From Eledone cirrhosa (lineage: Eukaryota), in contig OZ024741.1 of assembly GCA_964016885.1 (NCBI GenBank), positions 161,944,001 through 162,008,000 on the forward strand: 64,000 nucleotides of DNA, in the 5' to 3' direction. Position 1 is the stretch's first letter, and every line of letters starts with the position of its first letter. A program made the position numbers and the translations under genes. Positions 1-12,781 of this stretch are shown piece by piece. The notes under the pieces are model-generated. The model saw only the letters and a program-made list of their open reading frames with translations, did not search any database and had not been told where the DNA came from.

Positions 1-334
1 TAGTCACTTCTCATTCCTCTTAATAAAATAGGACAACAACAAAGATAAGATGACTACTTATGTATTTCATTACTGATTCATCTGTCTTAATTATGCTTTC
101 TTTCATTCATTTTATAATTATTAACCATGATTGAATCAAAAATGTTTTGGAAGACATGTTAATATCATCATCATCATCATGTAACATCCCATTTCCCTAC
201 AAGCAAAGGTTGGCTGGGTTGTCGCGTTGCTATGCAGCATATCAGTTCAAACACAAACATCATATAATCTGCCTTTCACTATGAGAGAGAAGCATTTTGT
301 TGATAACAGTAAGAGTATTCTTACTATTGACTCC

Positions 335-1580
335 ATGATGATGTCAGACCCAATGACTGATGTAGCAATATAATCATTAATTGTTACAAGGGAAAAGATG
401 TTCTAGAAAGAAGCAACTACAGAGGTATGAAACTGATGGATCAAGTTATGAAAATGATGGAAAAAGTGTTAGCACAACTAATTTGAGATAAAGTCAAATT
501 AGATGAGATACAGTTTGGTTTTGTGTCAGGAAGGAGCACCACAGTAAGACAACTGCAAGAGAAATTCCTAGTTAAGTGTAAGCTGCTATACATAGCTTTT
601 GTAGATCCGGAAAAGGCCTTTCATAGTGTCACAATCTTTCATCTTGTGGTCTTTAAGGAGACTAGGTGTAAATGTGTGGCTTGTAAGAGAAATGAAAGTT
701 ATGTACAGATGTGCTATCAGTAAAGTGAGAGTAGGTGATGAGTTTAGTGAGAAGTTCAGTGTGCAAGTAGGTGTTCATCAGGGCTCAGTCCTTAGCCTAC
801 TTTTATTTATTATAGTCCTCCAGGCCATAACAGAAGTTTAAGTCTAGCTGTCTTTAGAAACTTCTGTAGAATACCTGGCTCTTATAGCCAAGTCTGTGGG
901 AGAGCACAAGAAAATTTTAGTTGTGAAAACAGAACTTAAAATCAAAAGGGCTCAGAGTACACCAAGCAAAGATCAATGCAAGGTGTGATACATAAAAGGT
1001 GTAGTGGAATTGTAAGCAGACTACCAGAAAAGATAGACTTTACATGCGGCAGGTAAACATGGGTAATTCATAGTAAGAGAAGCAGTGAAATAAACTTTTT
1101 CCAGTCATGGGAGGGTACCATAGAAGTAGTTGATAATTTCTATTACCTAGGTAACCTAATTAGAATGGCCGGTGCTCTGACAGCATAGTAGCTAGAATAA
1201 GAACAGGCTGGAAAAAGTGAGCTACTCCCTCTGCAATATTCTATGATGTACGATGCCTGTACGAGAAGAGTGATGATGCATGGCAGTGATATATGTTGTA
1301 AATGCAGTGGATATACAGAGGTTGGAGAGAAATAAAGCTCTGTTGGATGTGTAATGTTAGTATGCATGAACAATGGGGTGTCAAGGAACTGAAAAACTAT
1401 GTATGAGGAATCAAATGTAGCATGCACTGGTATGGACATGTGATGCATATGGGTGGTGGAAGGAAACTACTGTAGAGGCTGACTGAGAAAATCCTAGGCA
1501 GAAGTGGTTAGAGCTGATCTCAAAACACTGAACCTCACAGAAAAGATGGCGAAGGAAGGGAGGCTCTACTGAAAAGCAGG
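335..1580 (+). mobile_element. Degenerate RTE-clade LINE fragment (RT to C-terminus)
   Basis: Broken frames read IINCYKGK..NYRGMKLMDQVMK, QFGFVSGRST, LYIAFVD and VGVHQGSVLS, homologous to the better-preserved RTE RT at 7689-8897. Many stops and frameshifts. Confidence 0.9.
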
Positions 1581-1608
1581 CATAAAATGATGATAAATAC
1601 ACACACAT

Positions 1609-1639
<31 letters not shown>

Positions 1640-2235
1640 CACACAAACACACATACATATATACATGATGACTGCAAGACGATTTCGAGTAATGCCATCA
1701 CTTGATACTTAAGCATGAACATGACGGATGTGGCTCATTCTTAAGTATCTATGGTTATATCTGACTCTCCAAGACATGGCCAACAATACCATGCATTCGC
1801 AAAAAATGTCACATATCAAGCAATGCCTGGGCTTGAAGCTTTTTTTTTAGTGAGGAAAGGCTTTGCACAGGACCAATCCCACTCTCTGAACAAGGAATGC
1901 ATTTGCCCAAAAAGAACTGGTCTACATTATTGGATGCAATGAAGTCGCAGAGATGTCTTAATGAAGACGGGTTTTTTTTCATCCTGCAAGGTGTCGAAAA
2001 TCACCCTCCTCACCAAGCAAGCTTGGTGGGGTTGCCGGTTTAGTTGCCGGTGAGCAGACCATGCACAGGTTGTACTGGGTTACATTTACCAGTAGTGCTG
2101 AAGAGCGACCCAACATATACATATATGTACACACACATATATTAAACGTATTTAAGAACGCCATGGTTATACAAACAGCCCCTCAATATTCAATAGGATC
2201 CTCCAACTTCAATGCACTTGTTGTAGCGCTCCAAC

Positions 2236-3200
2236 CACATTGTCCTAGTGCAAGTGTCACTGACCAGACTTGAAGAGTTCTGATCTCTTGCAACAAAATC
2301 TCTTTCTGAACTGCCTCAAAACCTCTACATAGTACTCTTTGTTCACTCTCTGGCCGTGGGGGACCCAGTGGATGTAGATGATGTCCTTGCTGTCGAAGAA
2401 TGGGATCATCATGAGCTTCTCAGTGGACCTGCTTTATCTGGCCTTGAGTCTTGGGGAGTCAGAATGTTTTCACTCGGCACTCAGTCTCTTGGTCTCTGGA
2501 TCACAACAAAAGATCCTGCTCTTGTCACAGGTTTCCAGAGACTCAACAACTCTTGGATTCAAAGCGATTCACTAGACCATCTCCCTGCTGTCATCAATGG
2601 GCTTCTGCCATTGACCTTCATTGAGCATCCTGGGAACAAACTTTGTGCATTTTCAGATTGTCATGAATGACTCTGCACAATGCCTCAGCCACTTCAAATT
2701 GCTTAGCAATCGTCAGAGAGGCACGACGGTCCTTGTCCAGAAATTTGCAAATTTTGTCGACCAATTTTGGCATCCTGATGTCCCTCTCCCTGCCACGCCA
2801 CTCGTCGCCCCTCACCAGCTCCCTGCCCTCCTGGAAACTCTTGTGCCAGTGGTAAACAGTCACCTGGTTCATGGAAGTTAGTCCATAAGCAGTTTTGACC
2901 ATTCCATAGGTTTCTGAAGCGTTTCTCCTGAGCTTGACACAAAACTATTGCATATCGAGCCTCCAAGTTGTCCTCACATCCCGTCTGTATTGTGGAACCA
3001 ATCAGTTGTGACAAGACGTGTATGGTTGGTAGTGTTTAAAGTGCTTATAGTACCAACACCTTTACCCTGAAAAAAAAAAAAAAAAAGGTTTGGCATGTTA
3101 GCTTATTATAACTATGTCAAGGATGTATTAGAGTGACAATTATGTAGATCAATTAAAAGTGCCTGAAAAGAAGTCTCAATACTTCTTGAGTGTACTGCAT
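2236..3200 (-). mobile_element. Mariner (Tc1/mariner) transposase relic, 3'-truncated
   Basis: HTH region MVKTAYG..VYHWHKSFQEGRE, then VTGDKSRIF..DPETKR (first D), LMMIPFFDSK, VNKEYYVEVL and LH*DN (second D). Frameshifted. Confidence 0.9.
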
Positions 3201-3239
3201 ATAAATATAAACAATTGTAAACAGACATTATTATTATTA

Positions 3240-3326
3240 TTCTTTAGTCGATAAAATAAAGTACCAGTAATACACTGGGTAATTGCTGGCCTTGTGCCAA
3301 AAGTAGAAACAATTATTATTATTATT
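3240..3326 (+). mobile_element. 3' half of SINE family B
   Basis: gtcgataaaataaagtaccagtaatacactgggtaattgctggccttgtgcc..agtagaaac followed by (att)n, matching the full copies at 22850 and 39122. Confidence 0.85.
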
Positions 3327-3649
3327 TACATTCCTTACATTAAACTACAACTATGTTGACAATCTTTAAATGATGTCTTCCTTGTGAAATTTGTGGTCTT
3401 GTTTTGCTTAACTAATGTATATATATATATATATATATATGTATATGTGTGTATAAACATGAGTGTGTGAATATATATGTATGTGTGTGTATATATTTAT
3501 AACATCATATAGGTATATGTATGTATATATGTCTGTGTGTATATATTTATATCATCATTTGCCTCATCACCACCTCAAGGCATTGGATGACTCAAAAAGA
3601 TATATATATTGTGTGTGTTTGATACATACATATATATATATATATAACT

Positions 3650-4165
3650 CCATTGCCAACATTAGTACCTCTCTGAATTTTTTCCACCCTGTTTTTATTT
3701 TGTCTACTATAATTCCAGAACATCCTCTACTGCTAATTAGATCACTTACATAACAGAAACTATCAACTCTATTCTATGTAGCCTTCCTCAGATTAAAAAG
3801 AGTTTATTTCACTGGTGTTCTTACTGTTAACTACCTTTGTGCATATGCTACATAGAAATTCCACCTTCTCTGTTTGATTGCCTGTAATCCCACTACTTCT
3901 TGTGTACCCATATTTTATGTTAAATATACTGTATGAAATTCCCACTTATTTTCTGCATATTGAGCATGTCCATTTCTCTGATAGAAACAAGGTCTCTTCT
4001 GTTCCTACTTACCTATTAGTCTTTGCTAAGTTTATTGAGTCTTTTATACTCTAGATTTTATTTCCACATCTGAAATCTCTTTCAGATCTTCCACAGATTT
4101 AGCTATAAGAACTAGGTCAGCAGCATACAGTACTTCCCATGAACAATTGGTTTTGAAACATAGAT
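3650..4165 (-). mobile_element. Degenerate RTE RT fragment
   Basis: Minus strand reads FKTNCSWEVLYAADLVLIA (compare FKTGCPWELLYADDL). Confidence 0.8.
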
Positions 4166-4195
4166 GGGGATCACTTGAGACCTTCTAGAAATCAC

Positions 4196-5207
4196 CATCA
4201 TCATCATTTAACATCCATTTTTCCACACTAGCATAGGTTATATGAGTTGTCCTGTTGTGAGACAAGCCAGATAAAATGACTGCCTTGCTCATACAGAACT
4301 TTTTCTAGCTTAGTTTCTATGGCTTGATGCCCTTCTTAACACCAACCACATATACAGTGTGGACTGGGTGCTTTTTATCGTGGCACCAAAATAACCACTT
4401 TACAGTGTGGACTAGGCACTTTTCGTTGTGGCACCAAAACGACCACTTTACAGTGTGGACTGGCCGCTTTTTGTTGTGATACCAAAGCAACCACTTTACA
4501 GTGTGAACCATGGGATGGGGTGGGGTGTTATGACATGGGTGAAGGATGGAATTTTAGGATCTGGGTGAAGCTTGGAGTGGTATGACATGGGTGGAGTGTT
4601 AGGACATGGGAGGTGTATGGGAGGGGGAGTGGTGTATTCTAGAGACCACGAGATGTATGCTTCAACCTGTGCTCATGGGAAGGTGAGTTTTCTGCAGTAC
4701 CGCATGATACCAGAGATCATGATCCTATATTATTGCCTTTGTGTGAGGTCAGTTTTTATCACCTCATCTCAAGCCTTCTTAGGTCTTTCTCTTCCATAGC
4801 TACCATCAACGTTAAGCACCCTGCACCTCTTTATACAGCTGTCATCCTTAATACACATCACATGTCCATACCACCACAAACTCCTCTCCTGCACACTGCA
4901 TCTGATCCCTCTTGTATCCAGTTTTTCTTTCAGTTCATTTACACTTTGCCGTTCATATATCAGTATGTGATATGTCGGAGCATGCAAGCTTCATTTCTTT
5001 CCATTATTTGTAGGTCTTCTGTATGCGACGCACAGGTCCTGCTACCATGTTACATTGCTGTTTGTATACAAGCATCATACAATCTGCCCTTTATTTTGAG
5101 GGAATAACCTTTTGTAGTTAACAGTGGTTGTAGCTCCCTGAACTTTTTCTATCCCATTTTCGCTCTGGTAACTGTACTTTCAGAACACCCACTTCCACTG
5201 CTAATTC
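4196..5207 (-). mobile_element. 5'-truncated RTE LINE (3' ORF end, 3'UTR, (ATG)n tail)
   Basis: ORF 4769-4987 ERQSVNELKEKL..WYGHVM; (cat)n tail at about 4196-4207; short tandem repeats in the 3'UTR at 4340-4505. Confidence 0.9.
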
Positions 5208-5514
5208 AACAGCTGACTATCAAATCACATTCTAACACTTTTAGAAGGGGAAGGATACATTATGTTATGTAGTGATACACAGAAAAATAGGACGGGATGG
5301 TCATGTCTAGAATATCATTGATCATAATTCTTTTTGTTCAGAGATTACTTGGAAGTCAAAATTTTTTATAACTCTTAAAAGAAGTTTTTTGTCCAAGCTC
5401 AACCCTAATTGATCTGATATATATGTTCAAAGGTGTCCAGTTGTGATCATCCCATCCATTTCAAGATATGCAAGGACTGCATTATATTTACTTTTTCAAG
5501 CTGGTAATGTATGA

Positions 5515-5701
5515 TTTAAACCAGCCATATCCAGCTAGAATTCTGTCACCTCTTTCTGTTCAAGCCAGCTGTAAACAGCTGCTCATACTTATGTTAAGGT
5601 GTTGTTTTCAAAATAAATAACAAAATCTCGTAGATTCGATATTATGTGAGGTAAAGCCTTTACCATGTAAATATAAAGTAATGTAAATGCTAAAGGGTTA
5701 A
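5515..5701 (-). mobile_element. piggyBac-type MITE, one end missing
   Basis: Ends in taaatgctaaaggg-ttaa; body matches the other four copies. Confidence 0.8.
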
Positions 5702-6906
5702 AAGATATTTCTTTGCTATATCTATGTTAAGTATGTGATATTTTATTTTTAAACATTTTTTTTATTTAAGAAATCAAAATAAGAAAGTCCTTTCTCTTTA
5801 CTGTTCCATGTACAGCAAAACTAATTCAAACCCATTTAGTGTCTTGAATCTTAGTTAACATGTTTCAAGAAAGTGTCGAATTCCCATTATGTGGTTTCTT
5901 GAAATTTTAATTTTTCAAAGATTTTGTTCCTTTTCTCTGATTCCATTGTTTCATAAAATAAAATGAATTGGAAAATGGTTGTGGTTTGTACTGATCCAAC
6001 AAACCTATGACCAAAGGATACCACCTAAAACCATCCCAGATTCTATACAGATATAGTATGTCTATGATTGCATTATCTATTGTGCCCTTTCATTTTTTTC
6101 AGGATATAGGTTATGGTTTGAGAGGAATTTAGCTGCTATTTTTAGCAAGTATTGTCTACATCATGACTACATTAATTCTTGCTGACACAGACCAACTCTA
6201 AAGTTTCCTTTCCCTGAGTTCTACTGTATATATATTCATGTATTAAGTCTGTTTTTGTCTCACTTGTTGAATTTCTAGCTACAAAGGCCAAAGCAATTTT
6301 AATTGTATTATCTTATTGTTTAATACTGGAATTACTACTTAGGTGTGTGCTAAGCTTAAAAGTTAGCTCACACACACTCACACATATATGTATACTCACT
6401 TAGACTTGCTTGTCACAAATAGATACCTGTATACATTTAGTAATGAGCAGCAGCAGCAGTATCATACACATTAATCAGTCTCCCTCAGACCACAACAAAT
6501 GACATCACTTTACTTAAAGACCTATCTATAAACAGTTAAGTAATTTTGTTGAGTTGTGCCAGTTGCTGTGCAGTAAGTATTACAGTGGTTCCGTCAGGTA
6601 ATCCTGTTAACTCCTGCTGGTATTCTATCAGCAACACATATGTCACTTCTCTCTCTCTCACAAACCGATTATTTATACATAATACTTCTTAAACAAATAT
6701 AACTATTAATATTTTGTTTATTAAGTACATTGTGTGTCTATGAACATACCTACACCTGTAAATGTATGTGTATAAACACATCTGTAAATGTATATGTCAT
6801 CATCATTTTTACATCTATTTTTCTATGCTTGCATGGGTTGGACGGATATATATAGCTGTTAAAACGGCAGGAGCTCAGCCGTCGACATCCCGAATTCTTC
6901 ATATAT

Positions 6907-6988
6907 CATCATCATCATCATACGTCTGCTTTTCCCTGTTGCAAGGGTGGGACGGGAACTGATTCTGGCTTGATTTTTACAGCTGGAT
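6907..6988 (-). mobile_element. 3' part of a family A SINE, split by an RTE insertion
   Basis: (cat)n..ttttccctgttgcaagggtgggacgggaactgattctggcttgatttttacagctggat; the SINE resumes at 10961. Confidence 0.9.
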
Positions 6989-7288
6989 CATCATCATCAT
7001 CATCACCGTTTTACGTCCGTTCTTCCACGCTAGCATGGGTTAGACGGGTTGTCCTGTTGTGGGCAGTGTCTGGTCGGCTGACCATGCCTTGCTCATACAG
7101 GAACTGATTTGGCTTGATTTCTACAGCTGGATGCCCTTCCTAACACCAACCTCATTTACAGTGAGTGCTGGGTGCTTTTTCGTGGCGCCTACACGTCCAC
7201 TTTACAGTGTGGGCTGGGTGCTTTTTTGCCGTGGCACCTCCACGACCACCTTGCGGTGGGGGGAGTGGGGGCATATTGTTTATATGCT

Positions 7289-10203
7289 TCAGCTTGTACC
7301 CATGGGAGGTCGGGTACTCTGTATTACTGCGTGACGCCAGAAGTCACGGTCGTGTGTCATTGGCTTTGAGAGGTGTAGTTGGGTAAGGTCGGCTTTTATC
7401 ACCTCATCCCAGGTCATCTTGGGTCTCCCCACTCCGCGGTTTCCATCAACTTCTAGTGCTCTGCACCTTTTTATGCAGCTGTCATCCTTCATACGCATCA
7501 CATGTCCATACCAGCGCAACCGCCTCTCCTGCACACAGCATTTGATTCCTCTTATGCTCAGTCTCTCTCTCAATTCATTTATGCTTTGTCGTTCACGTAT
7601 ATTACTGTTACACATCTATCGGAGCATACAGGCTTCGTTTCTCTCTAATCCACCTTCAGCGCCCAGGTCACACTACCATGCAACATTGCTATTCGGATAC
7701 ACGCATCATACAGTCTGCCTTCCATCCCGTTCTTACCCTAGTTATTGTACTTCCTGAACACCCACCTCCGCTGCTAATTCGGTCACCTAGGTAGCAGAAG
7801 CTGTCTACTGTTTCTACAGAGCCCTCCCAGAGATTGGAGGTACTTGTTTCCTGTGGCTGTTTGCTGCATGTGATGCCTACATTCTTAATTAAGCTTCCTG
7901 AGATCCCGCTACATCTCTTGTGTACCCATTGTTTGCATTTGGGGCAGAGAATGGAGTTCCTACCTACACCGTTCCTACATACTGAGCAAGGCCATTTCCC
8001 TGAGGGCATCTGGGTTCTGTTTTCTCGTCTACTTACAAGGACCTTAGTCTTTGTCATGTTGACTTTGAGACCCTTTCTTTCTAGTCCCTGCTTCCAAGTT
8101 TGGAATTTATTCTCTAGTTCTACCATAGATTCAGCTATGAGTGCGAGATCATCAGCATACAGGAGTTCCCATGGGCATCCGGTCTTAAACTCCTCCGTTA
8201 TTGCCTGCAGGACTATGATGAACAGGAGGGGGCTAAGAACAGAGCCCTGGTGGACCCCAACCTGTATGCTCAATTCCTCGCTATACTCATTGCTAATCCT
8301 AACTTTGCTGACTGCTCCCCTATACATGGCTTGTACCGCTTTCACAAGCCATTCATCTACTCCTAGTTTTCTAAGAGCCCACCAGATTACAGCACGTGGA
8401 ACTCTGTCAAAGGCTTTCTCAAGGTCGACAAATGCCAAGTAGAGTGGCTTACTTTTAGCTAGGTACTTTTCCTGTAATTGCCTCACAAGGAAGAGGGCAT
8501 CAGTGGTGCCTCTTCCTGGTACAAACCCAAATTGCATCTCGTCTATTTTCACCCGGTCCCTAATCAACTGTGCTATAACTCTTTCTGTTACTTTCATGAC
8601 CTGGTCCATCAACTTTATACCTCTATAGTTTCCTCTATCTAGTGCATCGCCTTTACCTTTGTAGCAGTTGACAATGATGCTACTGCACCAATCTTTTGGT
8701 ATGACACCTTCTAGTATTACCTGGTTAACAATGTGTGGGGTTATAGTGTGACCTACAGACCCAGATGCCTTCAGCATCTCGGCAGCTATACCCGATGGAC
8801 CGGTTGCCTTCCCCATCTTCATATCTTTGATTGCCTTACTTACTACGCTGCTGCTGACTTGTATTGCTGGCCCCTCTATAGGGTCTCTTCTTCCCATGCA
8901 TTCTCCTCATTTAGTAATCTATCATAATGACTCTTCCATGCATCTTTCTTCTCAGCATTTGTGAGGGCAAGCTCACCTTTATCATTCCGGATACACTTCT
9001 CTCCAATGACATCACAACTATCTCTGACACACTGCCTCGCAATCTTGAATACCTCCTGTTTCTGGTCCTCACGTTGCAAAACATGCTTGAATTTTCTATC
9101 CTGTGCTTCCCTCCTAGCTAAGTATACTTGTCGCCTAGCTTCCCTCTTGGTCTCTATGTAGTGTATCCTGCTCCCCCCGTTCTTCCATTCTTTCCATGCC
9201 TGTCTCTTGGCCTTAACTGCTTCATCTACCTTATTGTTCCACCACCAAGTCACTCTCCTCCTGCTTGAGGTCTTACTCCAGCCACAGACCTCATCCGTCG
9301 CCTCTAGTAAATTATTTTTTAGGAACTCCCAGTTCTCTTCTACATTAAATGTCTCTATCTGTTCTTCTTTACTGTCGTAGGCGTTGAGTAAAATATCTTT
9401 AAATCTGTTACTGGTTGAGGGGATTTTCAGCTTCCAGATCTTTCTTCTCCAGGTTGGCCTCTGTTTCCAGGTTCGTCTAGTTCTGACCGTGAGGTCGCTG
9501 ACAACTAAGCTATGTTGGGATGTACATTCCTCACTAGGGAAGGCTTTTGTGTTTACGACCGTCCTCTGATGAGGATAAAATCTATCTGACTAGAGTGCTC
9601 CCCTGATCTATAGGTGATCAGGTGGTTGTCGGGTTTTTTAAAGTTTGTGTTACATATCGACATGTCATTGGCGTCGCAGAATTCTAGAAGTCTGAATCCT
9701 TCCTCATTCCTTGTGCCAACCCCATGGCCTCCATGTACTCTATTGAAGCCGTCGCAGTGTTTACCTACATGTCCGTTAAAATCTCCTGCGATGATTAGGA
9801 AGTCATTGTCGTCTGTTAGAGCAGTAGTGTGCATTAGGGACTCGTAAAACCTATCCTTAAGTTCGTCTGGCAGCCCCGATTGGGGTGCGTAAGCTGATAT
9901 TATTGTGGTAATTGTTTTATTCAGGACTAGTCTGAGTTTAATGATTCTTGCATTTACCCTGTACAATGAGATTACTTTATCTACCCACTTGTCAGACTCT
10001 CCTCTCCATCTAGTCTCTTGCACACAGCATACATCAATTTCCTTTCACTCTAGCATTTCTACGATTTCTCCTGCTCTTCCTTTCATTGAGCCTACATTGA
10101 TGGTACCAACTCGGAGTTTTGGGCATTTGTCGACACTCGTAGGAAGGGTCTCTGGGTTGGCGCTTCACATGGGTGCTTGGTAGCTCGCAGATTCATATTT
10201 CAT
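7289..10203 (-). pseudogene. RTE APE-RT polyprotein broken into ORFs 9553-10023, 8876-9253, 7689-8897 and 7289-7615
   Basis: Collinear domain pieces in different frames, with deletions and stops. Confidence 0.93.
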
Positions 10204-10421
10204 CTATTGATTCAGAGTTGCTCAAATTTATTCTCAGCTCATCCATCCATAACGGTGGGAAAACTGAGGGCTAGAAGAACAGTGGTGGTGGAATAATGGC
10301 AGGGTGTGTTGGGCTGCGACAGGGGAGGAGAGAGTTAGTTAGGTAGTAGTAGTAGCAGTAGCAGCCGTAGAAATGGCATGCTGAGGTTTGATTGGTCGAA
10401 TAGGCTAAATTGTGTGGTAGG

Positions 10422-10960
10422 CACTGAGGGTCGCCGTCAAGGCTAACAGACTAAAGACTTAAATAACCGATAGATTAGAATACCGCGTGGTAAATATCCG
10501 AAATAATGCTAACAAACTTAAATAACCGATATAATACAGCAAACTTAAATAACCGAAATAATACAGCAATAATATTAATAATAATAGCGTCATAAGAGCT
10601 AAGATACCTTCGAAAATTTGTATGGATGGGTGGCTGGAAATCCAAATCAACTCTAGTGATTCATTTTAGCAGATAAGGATAAAGCGTCTTATCTCTTCAA
10701 TAGCTTCAAGATGAGTGAGGTGGAATGGGCGAAAGGGAGGTAATGGCTTAGAGATAGATAGAGATAGGGTAGCCATCATAGAGATAGAGGGGGGGGGGGG
10801 CACTGAGTGTCGCCGTCAAGGCTAACAGACTTAAATAACCGATAGATTAGAATACCGCGTGGTAAATATCCGAAATAATGCTAACAAACTTAAATAACCG
10901 ATATAATACAGCAAACTTAAATAACCAAAATAATACAGCAATAATATTAATAATAATAAT
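10422..10960. repeat. About 165-bp direct repeat (10422-10587 and 10801-10960) in the RTE 5'UTR
   Basis: cactgag(g/t)gtcgccgtcaaggctaacagact..aaataaccgatagattagaataccgcgtggtaaatatccg occurs twice, with internal aaacttaaataaccga subrepeats. Confidence 0.95.
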
Positions 10961-11211
10961 GCCATTCCTAACACCAACCTCATTTACAGTGACTGCTGGG
11001 TGCTTTTTTGCCGTGGCACCTCCACGACCACTTTACAGTGGAATGATATGGACCCCAGTCCCTATCATCTCATTTTTACAGCTGAGTAAACTGGAGCAAT
11101 GTGAAATAAAGTATCTTGCTCAAGGAAACAACACATCAACCGGTCTGAGAATTGAACTCACAACCTTTCGATTGCAAGGCCAATGCTCTAACCACTAAGC
11201 CATATGCCTCC
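10961..11211 (-). mobile_element. 5' part of the split family A SINE (tRNA-derived head)
   Basis: Minus strand ggaggcatatggcttagtggttagagc (A box) .. gagttcaattc (B box); continues seamlessly from 6988. Confidence 0.9.
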
Positions 11212-11877
11212 ATTATAAATATATAAATTATAAATATATAAATTAGTATTGGTGCTTCAACATAGCGCTATACTCATATATGTACATGTTATATATTAAA
11301 TAATATACAGGATGTTTATAAAAAACATTTGACGCCCTTTGCTATGAATTTTTATGGTTACGACCACCGTTGCACATCCTTAGTCTAAGCAAAAACAAGG
11401 GGAAGTAATCGACAATGTTTCTCACTTGTTGCCAGTTGTCAAGACTACATATCCACCTAGTTTCCACTGAGACAAAAATAAGCTAGAATCTTATAGATTT
11501 CTCACTTATGTATATGAGCTGATGAAGCTCATTTGCATACGGAGTGGTAGTTGGCATGGCTTAAATTAAAAATTAGTATTGTTGATAGCGTTATATACAT
11601 ATATGTCTTAAATTAAAAATTAGTAGTGTTGATAGCGTTATATACATATATGTACGTGTTGTAAATCGAATATATATATATATATATATATGTTGATTTA
11701 AAACTGCACTATTCACAAGTGTTTTTTAACCTTCATATCATGTCTTCCTGTTTTATCTGATGAAAACACAAATATTATTGCATGATGATATTTGTTTTTG
11801 AAATGCGCATAATAAAATACATGGAACTCTTTTAACCATCTTTTGTTCTTATATATTATATATATATATATATATAT

Positions 11878-12375
11878 CATCATCATCATTATTGTTTAAC
11901 GTCTATCTTTCACGCTAGCATGGGTTAGATGGGTTTGTCTCATTTGAGGCAAGTTGGGTCGGGTGACCGTGTCTCCCTTGTATAGGACTGTTTCGGGCTG
12001 GATGTCCTTCCTAACGCCAACCACATTTACAGTGTGCTGGGAGCTTTTTGTCGTGTCTCCTACACGGCCACTTTACTGTGTGGGCTGGATGTTTTGTGGT
12101 ACCAACATAACTTTACAGAGTAAGGGTGGTGTGAGAGGGAGGTTCAGGAGTGCGGGATGTATATTGGATTAAGAGGTGCCTACTGAGTGTAAGTTTAAGT
12201 CCGTGCGCAAGGGAAGGCGGGTTTTCTGCATTTCTGCATAGCACCAAAGATCTCAATCTTGTATCATTGTCTTAGAGAGGTTCAAGTGTGCAAAGTCAGC
12301 TTTTATCACCTCTTCTCAGGTCTTTCTGGGTCTATCTACTCCCTAGCTTCCATCAATTTTGACCACTCTGCACTT
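11878..12375 (-). mobile_element. RTE 3' fragment with (ATG)n tail
   Basis: (cat)n-tttaacgtctatctttcacgctagcatgggttag terminus shared with the copies at 42110 and 45137. Confidence 0.85.
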
Positions 12376-12781
12376 ATATATATATATAAGTGTGTTTGTA
12401 TTTGTGTATATTATACACTAAGTCCAATGTTCGTTTACTGATTTCAGTCATTGGACTATGACCATGCTTCAAGTGCTTCTTTCAAGGGATTTTAGTCAAT
12501 CACTTTATAATATTTATTTGTTGAACCTCTAAGTACCCCCTCCTTCAAACTATTTTTTTAAAAAACAATACTAACTTTTCTAACTGGCAGTTTTGTATCA
12601 CATTCTTGCCTGCTTGCTTGTGTTTGCCCACTACTATCTTTCCCTTCAACTGTGGATTGTAAATATCTGTGTGTAGAGGCGAGGTGTCAATTCATGTGCA
12701 TGCTTCCTTTCTTGCTTTTCTTTGTTTGTAGCAATTCCTTCCACTCTTGAAAGGTTGATGTTACTCCTCTTCATCTGGCCT

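Larger units (their letters stand above)
6989..10960 (-). mobile_element. Near full-length RTE-clade LINE (5'UTR, APE endonuclease, RT, 3'UTR, (ATG)n tail)
   Basis: APE motifs VGTINVGSM, VQETRW, ISAYAPQ, AGDFNGHVG and SQIDFIL; RT motifs NYRGIKL, QFGF, AFVDLEKAFD, QGSVLSP and LYADD; C-terminal LRWYGHV and GRP. Confidence 0.97.

Noticed and set aside
6540-6640. Donor-like sites cagtaagt and caggtaat in unique sequence
   Set aside because: No convincing acceptor or reading frame upstream.
7834-8442. Plus-strand ORFs opposite the RT (also 46249-46653, 46735-47070 and 47665-48210)
   Set aside because: These are antisense shadows of RTE coding sequence.
10180-10960. HDV-like ribozyme in the RTE 5'UTR
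   Set aside because: I could not fit the nested double-pseudoknot pairing by eye.
11514-11535. CTGATGA as a hammerhead core
   Set aside because: It lies in a simple hairpin with no downstream stem II or GAAA.
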